This document shows positions 8,266-18,559 of a DNA stretch of 64,000 bases, one piece after another. Location of the stretch: the IMG/VR virus record IMGVR_UViG_3300030102_006178, positions 1 to 64,000 of that record. One strand, written 5' to 3'. Below the pieces are notes generated by a model, which saw only the letters and a program-made list of their open reading frames with translations, was not told the DNA's origin and did no database searches. The translations under genes and the position numbers were made by a program. The stretch's first letter is position 1. Every line of letters begins with the position of its first letter. The DNA is from a virus.

Positions 8266-9500
8266 TAAAGAAAGTTTTAGTTAGAGGGCCAGCACTAACC
8301 CAGTCAGGCTACGGCGAGCACACAAGGTTTTTACTTAGAGCCCTAAGGGGACAGCCAGAACAGTTTGACGTATATCTCATAGCTCTCAATTGGGGCCAAA
8401 CGGGATGGCTTTCAGAGAACACTGAGGAGCGTCGATGGATGGATTCTCTTGTCATGAAAACTCATCAGTACGTGCAATCCGGTGGTCAGTTTGACATGTC
8501 AATACAAGTCTCCATCCCTAATGAATGGGAGAGGCTAGCACCTTATAATGTTGGTGTAACTGCTGGTATTGAAACAACCAAGGTTGCTCCCATTTGGCTT
8601 GAGAAAGCAAATCAGATGGACAAGGTCATTACTATATCCGAGCACGCTAAGAGCGTCTTTGAAAATACGTCCTATCAGGGCATCAATAAAATGACTCAAC
8701 AGCCAATGACACTAAAGTGCGAAACTCCAATTGAGATTGTCCACTACCCTGTCAAGACTGTTGAGCATGAAGACCTAGGTATCGAGTTAGATTATGACTT
8801 CAACTATCTTCTTGTCTCCCAATGGGGCCCTAGAAAGAACATTGAGAACGCAATCAAGTGGTGGGTAGAGGAGAACTGGGATCAAGAAGTTGGGCTGATT
8901 ATAAAAACATCCCAAAAGAACAACTCTATTATGGATAGAGAACACGTTAGCAATAACCTGTCTAAGCTATTAAACGCATGCAGACCAGAAGGGGCAAAGT
9001 GTAAAGTTTACCTTATTCACGGAGACCTTTCCGAGGACCAGATGCAGTCTCTCTACGTCCATAAGCAAATCAAGGCTCTGATTAACCTTAGTCATGGTGA
9101 GGGCTTTGGCCTGCCTATGTTCGACGCAGCACGACACGGACTTCCCGTTATTGCCCCTTCTTGGTCTGGGCAGTGCGACTTCTTGTACATTACCTATCCC
9201 AATGGCAAGAGAAAGGCCATGTTTGCTGATGTAAACTACGACATAGCGCCTGTTCACGAGGCAGCTGTATGGGACGGGGTAGTCCAGAGAGACAGTATGT
9301 GGTGTTATCCTCATGAGGGACACTACAAGATGCGCTTACGACAGACTAGAAAGAGTTGGGCCAAGTGGAAGAAGAAAGCGAAGGAACTACAGAGGTGGAT
9401 CTTACAACAGTTTGATTCCGACAAGCAGCATAAGCTTTTTGCGGATGCAATCTGTTTTACTGAGTCTAGTTTTGAAGAAACATTAAGGATGTTTTCATGA
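8262..9500 (+). CDS. Glycosyltransferase, GT-B fold (GT4-like)
   Basis: SGYGEH, RKNIE, HGEGFGLPMFDAA..GLPVIA. Confidence 0.9.
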   Translation: MIKKVLVRGPALTQSGYGEHTRFLLRALRGQPEQFDVYLIALNWGQTGWLSENTEERRWMDSLVMKTHQYVQSGGQFDMSIQVSIPNEWERLAPYNVGVTAGIETTKVAPIWLEKANQMDKVITISEHAKSVFENTSYQGINKMTQQPMTLKCETPIEIVHYPVKTVEHEDLGIELDYDFNYLLVSQWGPRKNIENAIKWWVEENWDQEVGLIIKTSQKNNSIMDREHVSNNLSKLLNACRPEGAKCKVYLIHGDLSEDQMQSLYVHKQIKALINLSHGEGFGLPMFDAARHGLPVIAPSWSGQCDFLYITYPNGKRKAMFADVNYDIAPVHEAAVWDGVVQRDSMWCYPHEGHYKMRLRQTRKSWAKWKKKAKELQRWILQQFDSDKQHKLFADAICFTESSFEETLRMFS

Positions 9501-11089
9501 AAATACTCTTTATATCTGACTTTTTCTTATCAGATGGAGTTCTTGGTGGGGCAGAGCTTGTAAACGACTGCCTGGTTCATCACCTTCGTAGTAGAGGTTA
9601 CTCGGTTGAGGAAAAGCGCAGTTCTGATCCAATCAATTTTTCTTTGTATGATTTTTTTATTATATCAAATTTTGTTAACATGCCGGAACAAGTCAAGGAT
9701 TCTCTATACGATAAGCCTTACATTATCTATGAGCACGATCACAAATACTTGAAGAACAGGAACCCTTCAGTTTTTATAGATTTTAAGGCACCAAAAGAGA
9801 TGCTGGTTAACGAAAAGTTTTATCGTTCTGCAATATCTGTTTTTTGCCAATCAGTTTTGCATGAAGAAGTAATTAGAAAAAATCTATCATTAAGGAACAC
9901 TGTAAATACAGGATGTAGTCTCTGGTCTAAAGAGCATTTTGATATTTTAAGGAATAACCAAAATAGAGAAAAGAATGGTCTTTGCGCTGTCTTGCAGTCT
10001 TCTAACCCCATCAAGGGAACGAGAAGAGCAGAAAAATATTGTCTAGATAATGGTATTCAATACGAAACTGTGCCCTTTACAGACTTCAAAACATTCATTG
10101 ATAACATCTCAAAATATGAGAAGCTAATTTTTTTCCCAGAGACCCTAGAAACATTCTGTAGGGTTGTCGCAGAGGCCCGTATGGTGGGCTGTGGACTTAT
10201 TACCAATGATCTGAATGGCTGCACTCATGAAGAGTGGTTCTCTCGCTACAAGGGCCAAGAACTGCTTGATTTTATTGAGAACAAGCAAGAAGAGATTGTG
10301 AATAAGCTTGTTGATGTGATTAACGGAAAGAAGTTACAAGGAGAGCCAGAGGATATCACAGTTATCCTAAACTGCTATCGCAGACCTTACAACCTCAGGA
10401 TGCAAATCGATGCTATCAGATCGCAAACTCGTCCACCAAAAGAGATTTGGCTTTGGGTCAATAGGCACGAAGATAATGAAGATTTCTCTTTTGAAGCTTT
10501 AGGTCTAGATAAGGTTTTTCACAATGATTATAACTGGAAATTTTATGGGAGATTCGCAGGTGCGCTCTTGGCAGATACAGAATATGTCGCCATTTTTGAT
10601 GACGATACGATACCCGGCACAAAATGGTTTGATAATTGTTTAAATACAATGCTGGAAAGCGAGGGCATTTTGGGCTCTGCAGGCGTAATTTTGGACGATA
10701 AGTATTATATTCGCCACCAAAGGTGTGGCTGGCCAACACAAAATAAAGAAATAAAAGAGGTAGATCTTGTTGGGCATGCTTGGTTCTTCAAGCGGGATTG
10801 GTTGCAATACTTATGGAGAGAGAAGCCTCCCACATGGGACAATGGTGAAGATATACACTTCTCTTATGCTGCTCAAAGGTACGGCGGTGTAAAGACTTAT
10901 TGCCCTCCGCACCCATCTGATGATATTGAGCTACATGGGTCGATCATGGGCAATGAGCTTGGTGTTGATGATAAGGCCACATCAAATAACAATGAAACAT
11001 CACACCAACAGTTCTTTTCAGAAAGAGACTTTTGCGTCCAAGATTCTCTTCGCAAGGGTTGGAAAACAGTAAATGGTGTAAAGCTATGA
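9497..11089 (+). CDS. Two-domain glycosyltransferase (GT4-like N-terminal plus GT2/GT-A C-terminal)
   Basis: N half GGAEL...ETFCRVVAEARMVGC; C half ITVILNCYRR...AIFDDD (DxD), GEDI. Confidence 0.8.
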   Translation: MKILFISDFFLSDGVLGGAELVNDCLVHHLRSRGYSVEEKRSSDPINFSLYDFFIISNFVNMPEQVKDSLYDKPYIIYEHDHKYLKNRNPSVFIDFKAPKEMLVNEKFYRSAISVFCQSVLHEEVIRKNLSLRNTVNTGCSLWSKEHFDILRNNQNREKNGLCAVLQSSNPIKGTRRAEKYCLDNGIQYETVPFTDFKTFIDNISKYEKLIFFPETLETFCRVVAEARMVGCGLITNDLNGCTHEEWFSRYKGQELLDFIENKQEEIVNKLVDVINGKKLQGEPEDITVILNCYRRPYNLRMQIDAIRSQTRPPKEIWLWVNRHEDNEDFSFEALGLDKVFHNDYNWKFYGRFAGALLADTEYVAIFDDDTIPGTKWFDNCLNTMLESEGILGSAGVILDDKYYIRHQRCGWPTQNKEIKEVDLVGHAWFFKRDWLQYLWREKPPTWDNGEDIHFSYAAQRYGGVKTYCPPHPSDDIELHGSIMGNELGVDDKATSNNNETSHQQFFSERDFCVQDSLRKGWKTVNGVKL

Positions 11090-12084
11090 TTCTCATGGCA
11101 TTTGGCACAAGACCAGAATATATTAAGATTAAACCTTTGATCAAAGAAATGGAAGGCAAAATTCCTTTCAAACTACTTTTCACTGGGCAGCATGTTGATC
11201 TCCTTTCGAACGTAAAAGATCAAGACGTAATCCAGCTACATATTAAAGATGGCCCTAACCGACTTGACTCTATTGTATCCTCGATTATGGGCCAGGACCA
11301 CATTTTTGAAGGCGTTGATGCTGTTTTGGTGCAGGGAGACACGACTTCTGTTTTTGCCATAGCTCTCGCAGCTTTTCACCGAAAGATAAAAGTGATTCAC
11401 CTTGAAGCCGGTCTTAGAACCTACGATAAGCAAAATCCATACCCAGAGGAGTTCAACAGGCAAGCTGTTTCTCGCATCGCTGATATTCATCTGTGTCCTA
11501 CCTCTACTGCGGCGCTTAATCTCTCTCAAGAGTCTGTAGGAGGTTCCGTGTACATTGTGGGAAATACAGTATTAGACAACCTGACGCATTTAACGCCGAC
11601 AAAGGATAATACAGTTGTCATTACGATGCACAGAAGAGAAAATCATAAAAAAATGGATCACTGGTTCAAGGCACTTGATCATGTAGCAAAAACCTTTTCA
11701 CATGAGTATCGGTTTATTTTACCTATTCATCCAAACCCAAACGTCCAGAAGCACCGTCACCTCCTAGAGCATGTTGAGGTAATTGATCCTGTTCCTTATG
11801 AGGAGTTTCTAGAGATGTTGGCATCCTGCTCTTATGTTATTACGGACAGTGGCGGCCTGCAAGAAGAGACATCTTTCTTGGGTAAGCACTCTATTGTTTG
11901 CAGAAAGACGACAGAGAGATCAGAAGGTCTTGGGAAGTTCTCAGCTCTGTGTCCACGTCCAGAATTGCTTTTTGAGATGTTTGGAAATATGATACGAACC
12001 CCAGATCCAATAGGGGAATGTCCATACGGTGATGGAAATTCTTCTAAGAAAATAGTTGACATATTATTAAAAAGCGTTATATAG
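11086..12084 (+). CDS. wecB: UDP-N-acetylglucosamine 2-epimerase (non-hydrolysing)
   Basis: FGTRPE, TGQH, VQGDT, HLEAGLRT, PEEFNR, HRREN, TDSGGLQEE, PYGDG. Confidence 0.93.
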   Translation: MILMAFGTRPEYIKIKPLIKEMEGKIPFKLLFTGQHVDLLSNVKDQDVIQLHIKDGPNRLDSIVSSIMGQDHIFEGVDAVLVQGDTTSVFAIALAAFHRKIKVIHLEAGLRTYDKQNPYPEEFNRQAVSRIADIHLCPTSTAALNLSQESVGGSVYIVGNTVLDNLTHLTPTKDNTVVITMHRRENHKKMDHWFKALDHVAKTFSHEYRFILPIHPNPNVQKHRHLLEHVEVIDPVPYEEFLEMLASCSYVITDSGGLQEETSFLGKHSIVCRKTTERSEGLGKFSALCPRPELLFEMFGNMIRTPDPIGECPYGDGNSSKKIVDILLKSVI

Positions 12085-12101
12085 GCTAAAAGAGAGAAGC
12101 T

Positions 12102-13256
12102 TTGAAAATTAAATTTATAAACCATGCTTGTATTTCTATAGAAACAGAAGATACTATGATAATGTTTGACCCTTGGTTTAGCGGTAAAATATTTAATAAT
12201 TCTTGGGATCTCCTGCGAGAGACTAGATTAGACGACTTGGATATACGAAATCTTAAGTTCATTGCAATTACACATGAACACCCAGACCATCTAAACTGGG
12301 CTACGCTAAAGCAGCTTATAATCTCTAAACCAGAATTAAAAATTATTATTCCTAAAAGAAGGAATAGTAACGTTGCAATTGCTTTGCGAAAAATGGGATT
12401 TAAAGTCGCTGAGATCCCTCCAAACAGGGAACTTCAATTAGGCAATAAGTTAAGAATATGCAACTTCCCAAGTCAGAATGACTCTGCTTATGTTGTTGTT
12501 GCAGACGGGAAAGTGATTTTAAATCAAAATGATTGCTACCTGACAGACCAAGAGTGCAAAAGGATAAAAGTTAGATATCCAGATATAGATTACCATTTTG
12601 TGCAGTTTTCTTTGGCTGGTTATTACGGAAATAAAGCAGAAACGCAAAAGCTTATGCATGCGAAACAACACCACATTGACTTAGTTTCTAATTACAACTC
12701 TATCTTTAAGTCCAAAGTTCTTGTTCCATTTGCTAGTTTTATTTATTTTTGTAGGCCATACAACACTTTCCTTAATGATTGGGCTGTTACAATGGATGAT
12801 CTTGACAAAGAATATCAAATTGTTTTTTTTGGAGATGAAGTACTTACATCTAAAGAACATTTTAATCGTTCTGCTACCAATAGAGATAGGTGGAAAGAAG
12901 TGTTTGCTAGTAAGCGAGATTTGTTCGAGCCAGAAAGGGTGCCTAAGGATTTAATAAAACAAGCCGCACAAAGGTATTTGGACTCAATACCACCAGGGAT
13001 TCAGTGTCCACCTTCAACTTCTTTTTCATTTTTCGATGAAAAAGAAAATCTTTTTATAGATTTTAAAAATAAAAGAGCGGATTTCACTTCATCCAGCGTA
13101 AATTTAGCGGGAGTGCTTACGACTTATGATATGCTCTTATTTTTTAAAAATCCATGGGGTGCTGATACACTAAACATTACCTCCTGCTTTGAGGTGAGAG
13201 ATGAAAAACTATGGAAACAAAATTTAATATTTAAGGATACCCAATATGTTAGGTAA
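12102..13256 (+). CDS. Metallo-beta-lactamase-fold protein (UlaG/CMP-Neu5Ac hydroxylase-like, no Rieske domain)
   Basis: NHAC, DPWF.G..FNNSW, THEHPDH, DSA, LNQND, VPFAS. Confidence 0.75.
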   Translation: MKIKFINHACISIETEDTMIMFDPWFSGKIFNNSWDLLRETRLDDLDIRNLKFIAITHEHPDHLNWATLKQLIISKPELKIIIPKRRNSNVAIALRKMGFKVAEIPPNRELQLGNKLRICNFPSQNDSAYVVVADGKVILNQNDCYLTDQECKRIKVRYPDIDYHFVQFSLAGYYGNKAETQKLMHAKQHHIDLVSNYNSIFKSKVLVPFASFIYFCRPYNTFLNDWAVTMDDLDKEYQIVFFGDEVLTSKEHFNRSATNRDRWKEVFASKRDLFEPERVPKDLIKQAAQRYLDSIPPGIQCPPSTSFSFFDEKENLFIDFKNKRADFTSSSVNLAGVLTTYDMLLFFKNPWGADTLNITSCFEVRDEKLWKQNLIFKDTQYVR

Positions 13257-13842
13257 CGTAGAGGTTTTAGAATTTAGATTTCTAGATGTAAAAGATGAAG
13301 CTGATATAAATACATATTCTGACGAATATGCTTGGTCTAGACCATACGAGTATAATCTCGCTTCTAAGTTTTTGGATAACCAATTAAAAGTAGGAAGTTC
13401 GATTCACAATAGTGCTTGGGGGTTTGAGGGAGTTCATATAGATTTTAGGAACACCCTAGACAAAAAATATAGATGCACTCACTCAGATATTGTAAAAAAT
13501 AAATATAATTTAGAGACTTACTATTATAACCTTTTCAATAGAGATCCTAAATTAATTGAAAATTTTGATTGCGTATTAAACATTTCTGTGTTAGAACATT
13601 TACCCGGAGGGTTTAATAGCACAGAAATGGTTTTGGAAAATCTTTTAGAACAGGCTAAAGTAGGTGGATTATTGCTTTGCACCTTCGATTACCCAATAGT
13701 AAACCTAAAAAAATTAGAAAGCCTTTTAGGGTGTAAGTGTATCGACGCCGAGAACAGGCTTAGTGGGGCAAACTCAGTGGTGAAGAACAATACTTATGAA
13801 AACCTAAACATAGTGTTTTTAGCTCTTAGGAGGCTATCTTGA
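13246..13842 (+). CDS. Putative SAM-dependent methyltransferase-like protein
   Basis: SRPYEY; FDCVLNISVLEHL...KVGGLLLCTFD; motif I is degenerate. Confidence 0.6.
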   Translation: MLGNVEVLEFRFLDVKDEADINTYSDEYAWSRPYEYNLASKFLDNQLKVGSSIHNSAWGFEGVHIDFRNTLDKKYRCTHSDIVKNKYNLETYYYNLFNRDPKLIENFDCVLNISVLEHLPGGFNSTEMVLENLLEQAKVGGLLLCTFDYPIVNLKKLESLLGCKCIDAENRLSGANSVVKNNTYENLNIVFLALRRLS

Positions 13843-14570
13843 TACTAAAAACTGAAGATTTTAGAGAAGATTTAGATCTCTTAATTAATAATATTGGAAA
13901 AAATAATTTTGCTTTTACTAGATTTGGTGATGGTGAAATGATGATTATCAATAATCAATTTATTGACCTTCTCGACAAAAATACTGGAGAATTTAAGTAT
14001 GACCCGAGCGATGCTTCCTATCAGCTAAGCCAGTCTTTGTTGTCAAAATCCTTTTCTTTTGAAAAAGAAAATTATTTTGTTGGTTTGCCTTGCCCTTGTT
14101 GTGTTGGATGGCCTAAACATTTATTTATGATTAAAGCTTGTGGTCTCCCCAAGAGAAGCATTACCTGGGCAAATCTGTTTGTTAATTCAAACTATAGATA
14201 CTTTATAGAAAAACTGCCAGAAGTTTTTAAAGACAAAAAAGTGCATTTAATTTCCAATGAGAACTCTACTGTATCAGAAATGCCTTTTCAAATATATAGA
14301 CATTATAAGGTTGGTAGAGATGCTTGGAAAAATGATTTACAAATTATTGAATACATAAAGCAAGAAATAACAATCAATAATTACGAAAATCATATTTTTT
14401 TATTTTGCGCTGGACCTTTAAGTAACATTGCATGTTGCGAGCTATTTGACTTTAATGAAAAAAATACCTTTATAGACTGTGGATCGATATTCGATCCGTA
14501 TTTAGGACTGGGTCAAACAAGAGATTATCTAAAAGGAGGATTTGATGCAAGAAAGAAATGCTTATGGTAA
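13839..14570 (+). CDS. GT-D fold (DUF1792-like) glycosyltransferase-related protein
   Basis: FTRFGDGE; FLFCAGPLSN; FIDCGSIFD. Confidence 0.7.
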   Translation: MILKTEDFREDLDLLINNIGKNNFAFTRFGDGEMMIINNQFIDLLDKNTGEFKYDPSDASYQLSQSLLSKSFSFEKENYFVGLPCPCCVGWPKHLFMIKACGLPKRSITWANLFVNSNYRYFIEKLPEVFKDKKVHLISNENSTVSEMPFQIYRHYKVGRDAWKNDLQIIEYIKQEITINNYENHIFLFCAGPLSNIACCELFDFNEKNTFIDCGSIFDPYLGLGQTRDYLKGGFDARKKCLW

Positions 14571-15120
14571 TATAGTTATTCCACCATTTAATTATACCAC
14601 GGCTGAAGACACAGCTTGTGAATTTTTGAAAGGTGTCAAAATTAAAAATTTTATTAATGTTGGGTTTCATGGATGGTCGGATATAAGAAAACATTGGTGG
14701 ATCAACATATGTAATTTTAATGGGATTGAGTGGAAGATAGTAGAAGTATATAAGCCAAATGTTGACAATGCGATATCTGAAGGATGCCCACAGTCTAATA
14801 TCATTAATTTAAATATTAAACATGTTAGCGACCTGCCAGATGCAGACTGTCTCATGTTCTGGCACGGTCCAGAACATATGGAAAAAGATGAATTTTTACA
14901 GATATTGCCTCTGTTAGAAGATAAGTACCGCATGTTGTTATTTGGCATGCCTCTTGGACCAGAGCCTCAGGGGGAAGCATACGGAAACCCATTTGAGAAA
15001 CACGTATCCTCTTGGCAAGAATACGAATGGAGAGAGTTAGGTTATGAAGTGAGAGTGGTCTATAAAAATAGATCGTGGCCACATATAACAGCATGGAAAA
15101 TTAATGAAGGAGAAGAATAA
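14545..15120 (+). CDS. Methyltransferase-like protein of glycan clusters
   Basis: INVGF, IVEVY, WHGPEHMEK, PLG..PQGEAYGNPFEKHVSSW; AAGGAGG RBS. Confidence 0.55.
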   Translation: MQERNAYGNIVIPPFNYTTAEDTACEFLKGVKIKNFINVGFHGWSDIRKHWWINICNFNGIEWKIVEVYKPNVDNAISEGCPQSNIINLNIKHVSDLPDADCLMFWHGPEHMEKDEFLQILPLLEDKYRMLLFGMPLGPEPQGEAYGNPFEKHVSSWQEYEWRELGYEVRVVYKNRSWPHITAWKINEGEE

Positions 15121-15320
15121 TGAGTGAAGATAAGAACATGCACCTTAGCGATCAGGCCATGGGTGCTCTAATGATGGCTCTACAGAAGTCCCTTTTAGAA
15201 CAATCTGATATAGTGCCCGTCCTAAAGGGCTTCAAGTTCCGACTTAGCGAGACTGGCTTGATGGTAATGAATCCACCAACAGTCAAACTAAATCAGGATT
15301 TTGATGATGCCGAAGTATAG
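15120..15320 (+). CDS. Small hypothetical protein
   Basis: AAGGAG RBS; TAATG coupling with the upstream gene. Confidence 0.7.
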   Translation: MSEDKNMHLSDQAMGALMMALQKSLLEQSDIVPVLKGFKFRLSETGLMVMNPPTVKLNQDFDDAEV

Positions 15321-15549
15321 TTATAGTTGCTCTGCTTGTGGAAACGAGTTTGAAACATATCATTCTATGTTTGAGACTATAGATCGGTGCATCATTTGTG
15401 AAGCATTTGATATATCTAGAAAGCCTAGTTCTTTCTTTGCTTCCACGAGTCCAAACAAGGCAGGAGCGCTTGTTAAACAGCACATTGAAGAGGCAAAGAG
15501 AGAAGTAAAAGAGGAAAAAGAAAAGCTAACGAAGGAGTATCATGATTGA
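15304..15549 (+). CDS. FmdB-family zinc-ribbon protein
   Basis: MPKYSYSCSACGNEFE...CIIC. Confidence 0.8.
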   Translation: MMPKYSYSCSACGNEFETYHSMFETIDRCIICEAFDISRKPSSFFASTSPNKAGALVKQHIEEAKREVKEEKEKLTKEYHD

Positions 15550-15862
15550 AATTGCATTAGCACTGTCTTTGGCAGTAAATATTTTTATGCTTTGGTACAC
15601 TAGAAATACTTTGTCAAGCTTATTTTATATTTCTGAGAACATCGGTTCTTTATACGAGATAATCGCAGACTTTGGCGTCCACTTGAAGGCTGTCTATGAA
15701 CTTGAAAGGTTCTATGGCGACCCAACATTAACAAACCTTCTCGAACACGCAAATGCAGTTCGAGAAGAAATTGAAGTCTATGAAGAGATTCTTTTGCTCT
15801 CTGAGCCGCCTGAAACAGAGGAGGAAGAACTAGATGACAGTCAAGAGACGCAAGAGAACTAA
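15542..15862 (+). CDS. Membrane-anchored hypothetical protein
   Basis: N-terminal TM, acidic tail, AAGGAG RBS. Confidence 0.7.
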   Translation: MIEIALALSLAVNIFMLWYTRNTLSSLFYISENIGSLYEIIADFGVHLKAVYELERFYGDPTLTNLLEHANAVREEIEVYEEILLLSEPPETEEEELDDSQETQEN

Positions 15863-16529
15863 GAGAAAGTATTTCACACAAGTCCATGAAGACGCAATAA
15901 TACAATACAATAAATCAAATTGCATGAAAGAAAGAGCAGAGCTGTATGAGAACTACATACAGCCAGCTTTCAATGAAATGGTGGACAAGATAGTATTTAC
16001 GTATAAGTTTAACAATCTTCCAAACATTGAACAGCTTAGAGAAGACTGCAAAATACATCTTACCACCATCTTATGTAAGTACAAGCCCGAGACAGGCTCG
16101 AAAGCCTTCTCGTACTTCAGTGTCATAACTAAAAATTGGTTCATACACAAGGTTAAGAAAACCAATAAAAGAAACAAGAGAGAGGTTAATATAGACGATC
16201 TGTCTGCAGAATCTTTGCTTGAACATGTCTCAGTATATAATGAGTATGACAACGAAAGGCAAAAACAAGAATTCTGGGAACTTCTATGGTCAGAGATAAG
16301 TACCTGGGAAGACATGAAGCTGAAAGAAAACGAGCAAAAGGTTCTGCAAGCTATAAAGATCTTGCTAAATGATAAAGACAATCCTGAATTAATTTTCAAC
16401 AAAAAGGCTATTTATTTATACATAAGAGAAATAACTGGTCTAAACACAAAGCAAGTTGTCAACAACCTGCAAAAGTTGAGATCAAAATACAGAACATTTC
16501 GCTACCGATGGGAAGAGGGGCAGCTTTGA
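15834..16529 (+). CDS. Sigma-factor-like protein (probable late-transcription sigma, gp55-like)
   Basis: YFTQVHEDAI..YN; region-2-like KYKPETGSKAFSYFSVITKNWFI; C-terminal HTH-like LYIREITGLNTKQV. Confidence 0.65.
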   Translation: MTVKRRKRTKRKYFTQVHEDAIIQYNKSNCMKERAELYENYIQPAFNEMVDKIVFTYKFNNLPNIEQLREDCKIHLTTILCKYKPETGSKAFSYFSVITKNWFIHKVKKTNKRNKREVNIDDLSAESLLEHVSVYNEYDNERQKQEFWELLWSEISTWEDMKLKENEQKVLQAIKILLNDKDNPELIFNKKAIYLYIREITGLNTKQVVNNLQKLRSKYRTFRYRWEEGQL

Positions 16530-16810
16530 AGAAACTAGACCATTACCTAAACCAAGCTATAGCAAACATAGAAGACGACAGGAAGATCACCAGAGAGCTT
16601 CTGGACGATGTAGTGCGCTACTTGAGCAAGGATGAGTCTAGGCATAGGGAGGTCGGCCTGACGGCTTCTAAGTACGTAGAAACGCTTCAGAGAAGCAATG
16701 AGCAATTGGTGAAGGTTGCTACACTGATCCAAAAGAACAGCAATGGCTCTGTGGCGCTGACAAGTCAAGACAAGGAAGAGCTTTTTGACATGATTAAGGA
16801 GAACAATTAA
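16526..16810 (+). CDS. Hypothetical helical protein
   Basis: TTG start after GAGGGG; overlaps the sigma-gene stop. Confidence 0.7.
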   Translation: MKKLDHYLNQAIANIEDDRKITRELLDDVVRYLSKDESRHREVGLTASKYVETLQRSNEQLVKVATLIQKNSNGSVALTSQDKEELFDMIKENN

Positions 16811-17448
16811 TGTCTTCTTTGAAAGATATATTGTTAGCCAAAAGTCCTGGGGACTTAAACAGCCTTGACTATGAATTATTTTCTACAAAAATATCTAGGT
16901 ATGATGGTCCGTTTGCTTCACTGAGGGCGGCCAGAGACGTAGTTCTTGAAAACGAAGGAGATATAAAACTAAACGGACCTTATAAGGCAATATGCTTGTG
17001 GGCTGGGGAAGACCCTGTGGCCGAAGTTCCGTTTCTAAAGGGTGTCGAATTCTCTGATAACAGTGGCCCTAGGCCCGACAACCTTACTAGAGTTATAGCT
17101 AGGATACCTGAGCTTCATTCAAGTTTACCTAAGCCAGTCATAATGGATCGGACTGGTGTCGAATGTCGTCAACTAAGGGATTTAGCAATCTTAATGCACC
17201 CAGTTTTTTATTCTTTTACGGCAGTAAAGCCAGAAGTTGGTAATATAGTTGAAGTTGATTTTGTATCCAATGCTGACAGAAGTTATGGAGTTTATCTTGG
17301 CATAGTAGACCCAGAGGCCAGGCCTCAAGAACCAGATACAGCCACAGCAAAAAGTCTATTTGATAACAGTACGCCTGATGAAGTAGATATACTCTTTGCG
17401 GAAGATCAAGTACAACAGAGTTTACCGAGGGGCGAAAATGGCCAATGA
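16810..17448 (+). CDS. Putative baseplate hub protein (gp5 N-terminal OB-fold-like)
   Basis: VIARIPELH...PEVGNIVEVDF...YLG; position ahead of baseplate genes. Confidence 0.5.
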   Translation: MSSLKDILLAKSPGDLNSLDYELFSTKISRYDGPFASLRAARDVVLENEGDIKLNGPYKAICLWAGEDPVAEVPFLKGVEFSDNSGPRPDNLTRVIARIPELHSSLPKPVIMDRTGVECRQLRDLAILMHPVFYSFTAVKPEVGNIVEVDFVSNADRSYGVYLGIVDPEARPQEPDTATAKSLFDNSTPDEVDILFAEDQVQQSLPRGENGQ

Positions 17449-18547
17449 AAAGCTAAGAGCGTTTGGGCCCACCACTCTCCAGAGAGTAAAGGGAGAGCAG
17501 TGGGGGTACGATGCGGTTAAGCAAACCGAAAGGGAATCTTTAGATCAGGACTTAATCGCTAGAAGAAATTCTGGAGAAAAGATTCTTCTAGAAGGTGAGG
17601 ACTGCGGGAGTTTAGTCGAGCCTTTGCCAAAGTACCAAAAGGCTGGTTGTGAAATTGTACATCCTAAAGACGCTTCTCACCTTTGGGGAAGACACAGGAT
17701 AGTGTTTGGTAGAGACCGCCACACAAGAGAAAACGAAGGCTACGGTGGGCTTGGTGCCACAACTGCTGGTTCGATAGACATTGTAGTTGGAAGTCAAGGC
17801 TCTAAGCCTAACCCTAGAAACAGCGTAGGTCCAAACTTTTATGGTGATGCTGCTAGGATTTATGTTTCGCAAAGAGCAGACATAGATAGATACTTCTCAT
17901 TACCTATTGACGAAAGTGTTGGAATAAAGGATTCTATCAATAGATCCGCCATAGGTATGAAGGCTGATTCGATTAGGATTATAGGAAGAGAGGGTATTCG
18001 CCTAGTAACGAATGCCAGAACCGGCAACAGCACGCCACAGGAATTTAATTCTAGAGGCGAAAAGATAGAAAGCGACGGACCAGACAGAGGCATACACCTG
18101 ATAGCTCACGAAAGAGTTGGTACGTATCAGGCGATAGATCCCCACCTATTTAGGCCAACCCCTTCTTTCCTGGTAGACCAGGGCTTGCCAGCATCGCTGA
18201 GAATCCACAGACTACAGCCCCTTGTAAAGGGACATAACCTGTCTTTGTGCATAGAGGAAATAGTAGACATGATAGCAGATCTCGCAATCGCAGTCGAAAA
18301 CTTTAGCCAAGCACAAATGCAATTCAATACAAGACTTGCTTTTCATACTCACCCAACCACAGGTGGAGTGGCGTTTCCTGATACTGGAAACATTACAGGA
18401 TGGGCTCAAGCCACTATATCGCAGCTAAAAGATCATGTGTTTACACTTGGAACATTTGGCTACAAAATTAATACTTGGTTTAAGCTCAACTATCTCTCAA
18501 ACACTTCCCCTGTTAGTTTCTTATCAAGATACAATAAGACAAATTAG
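17438..18547 (+). CDS. Putative baseplate central spike protein (gp5 C-terminal/gpV-like)
   Basis: Beta-helix-like MKADSIRIIGREGIRLVT, QPLVKG, and apex HTH (HxH) motif. Confidence 0.55.
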   Translation: MANEKLRAFGPTTLQRVKGEQWGYDAVKQTERESLDQDLIARRNSGEKILLEGEDCGSLVEPLPKYQKAGCEIVHPKDASHLWGRHRIVFGRDRHTRENEGYGGLGATTAGSIDIVVGSQGSKPNPRNSVGPNFYGDAARIYVSQRADIDRYFSLPIDESVGIKDSINRSAIGMKADSIRIIGREGIRLVTNARTGNSTPQEFNSRGEKIESDGPDRGIHLIAHERVGTYQAIDPHLFRPTPSFLVDQGLPASLRIHRLQPLVKGHNLSLCIEEIVDMIADLAIAVENFSQAQMQFNTRLAFHTHPTTGGVAFPDTGNITGWAQATISQLKDHVFTLGTFGYKINTWFKLNYLSNTSPVSFLSRYNKTN

Positions 18548-18559
18548 GATTAATATTTT

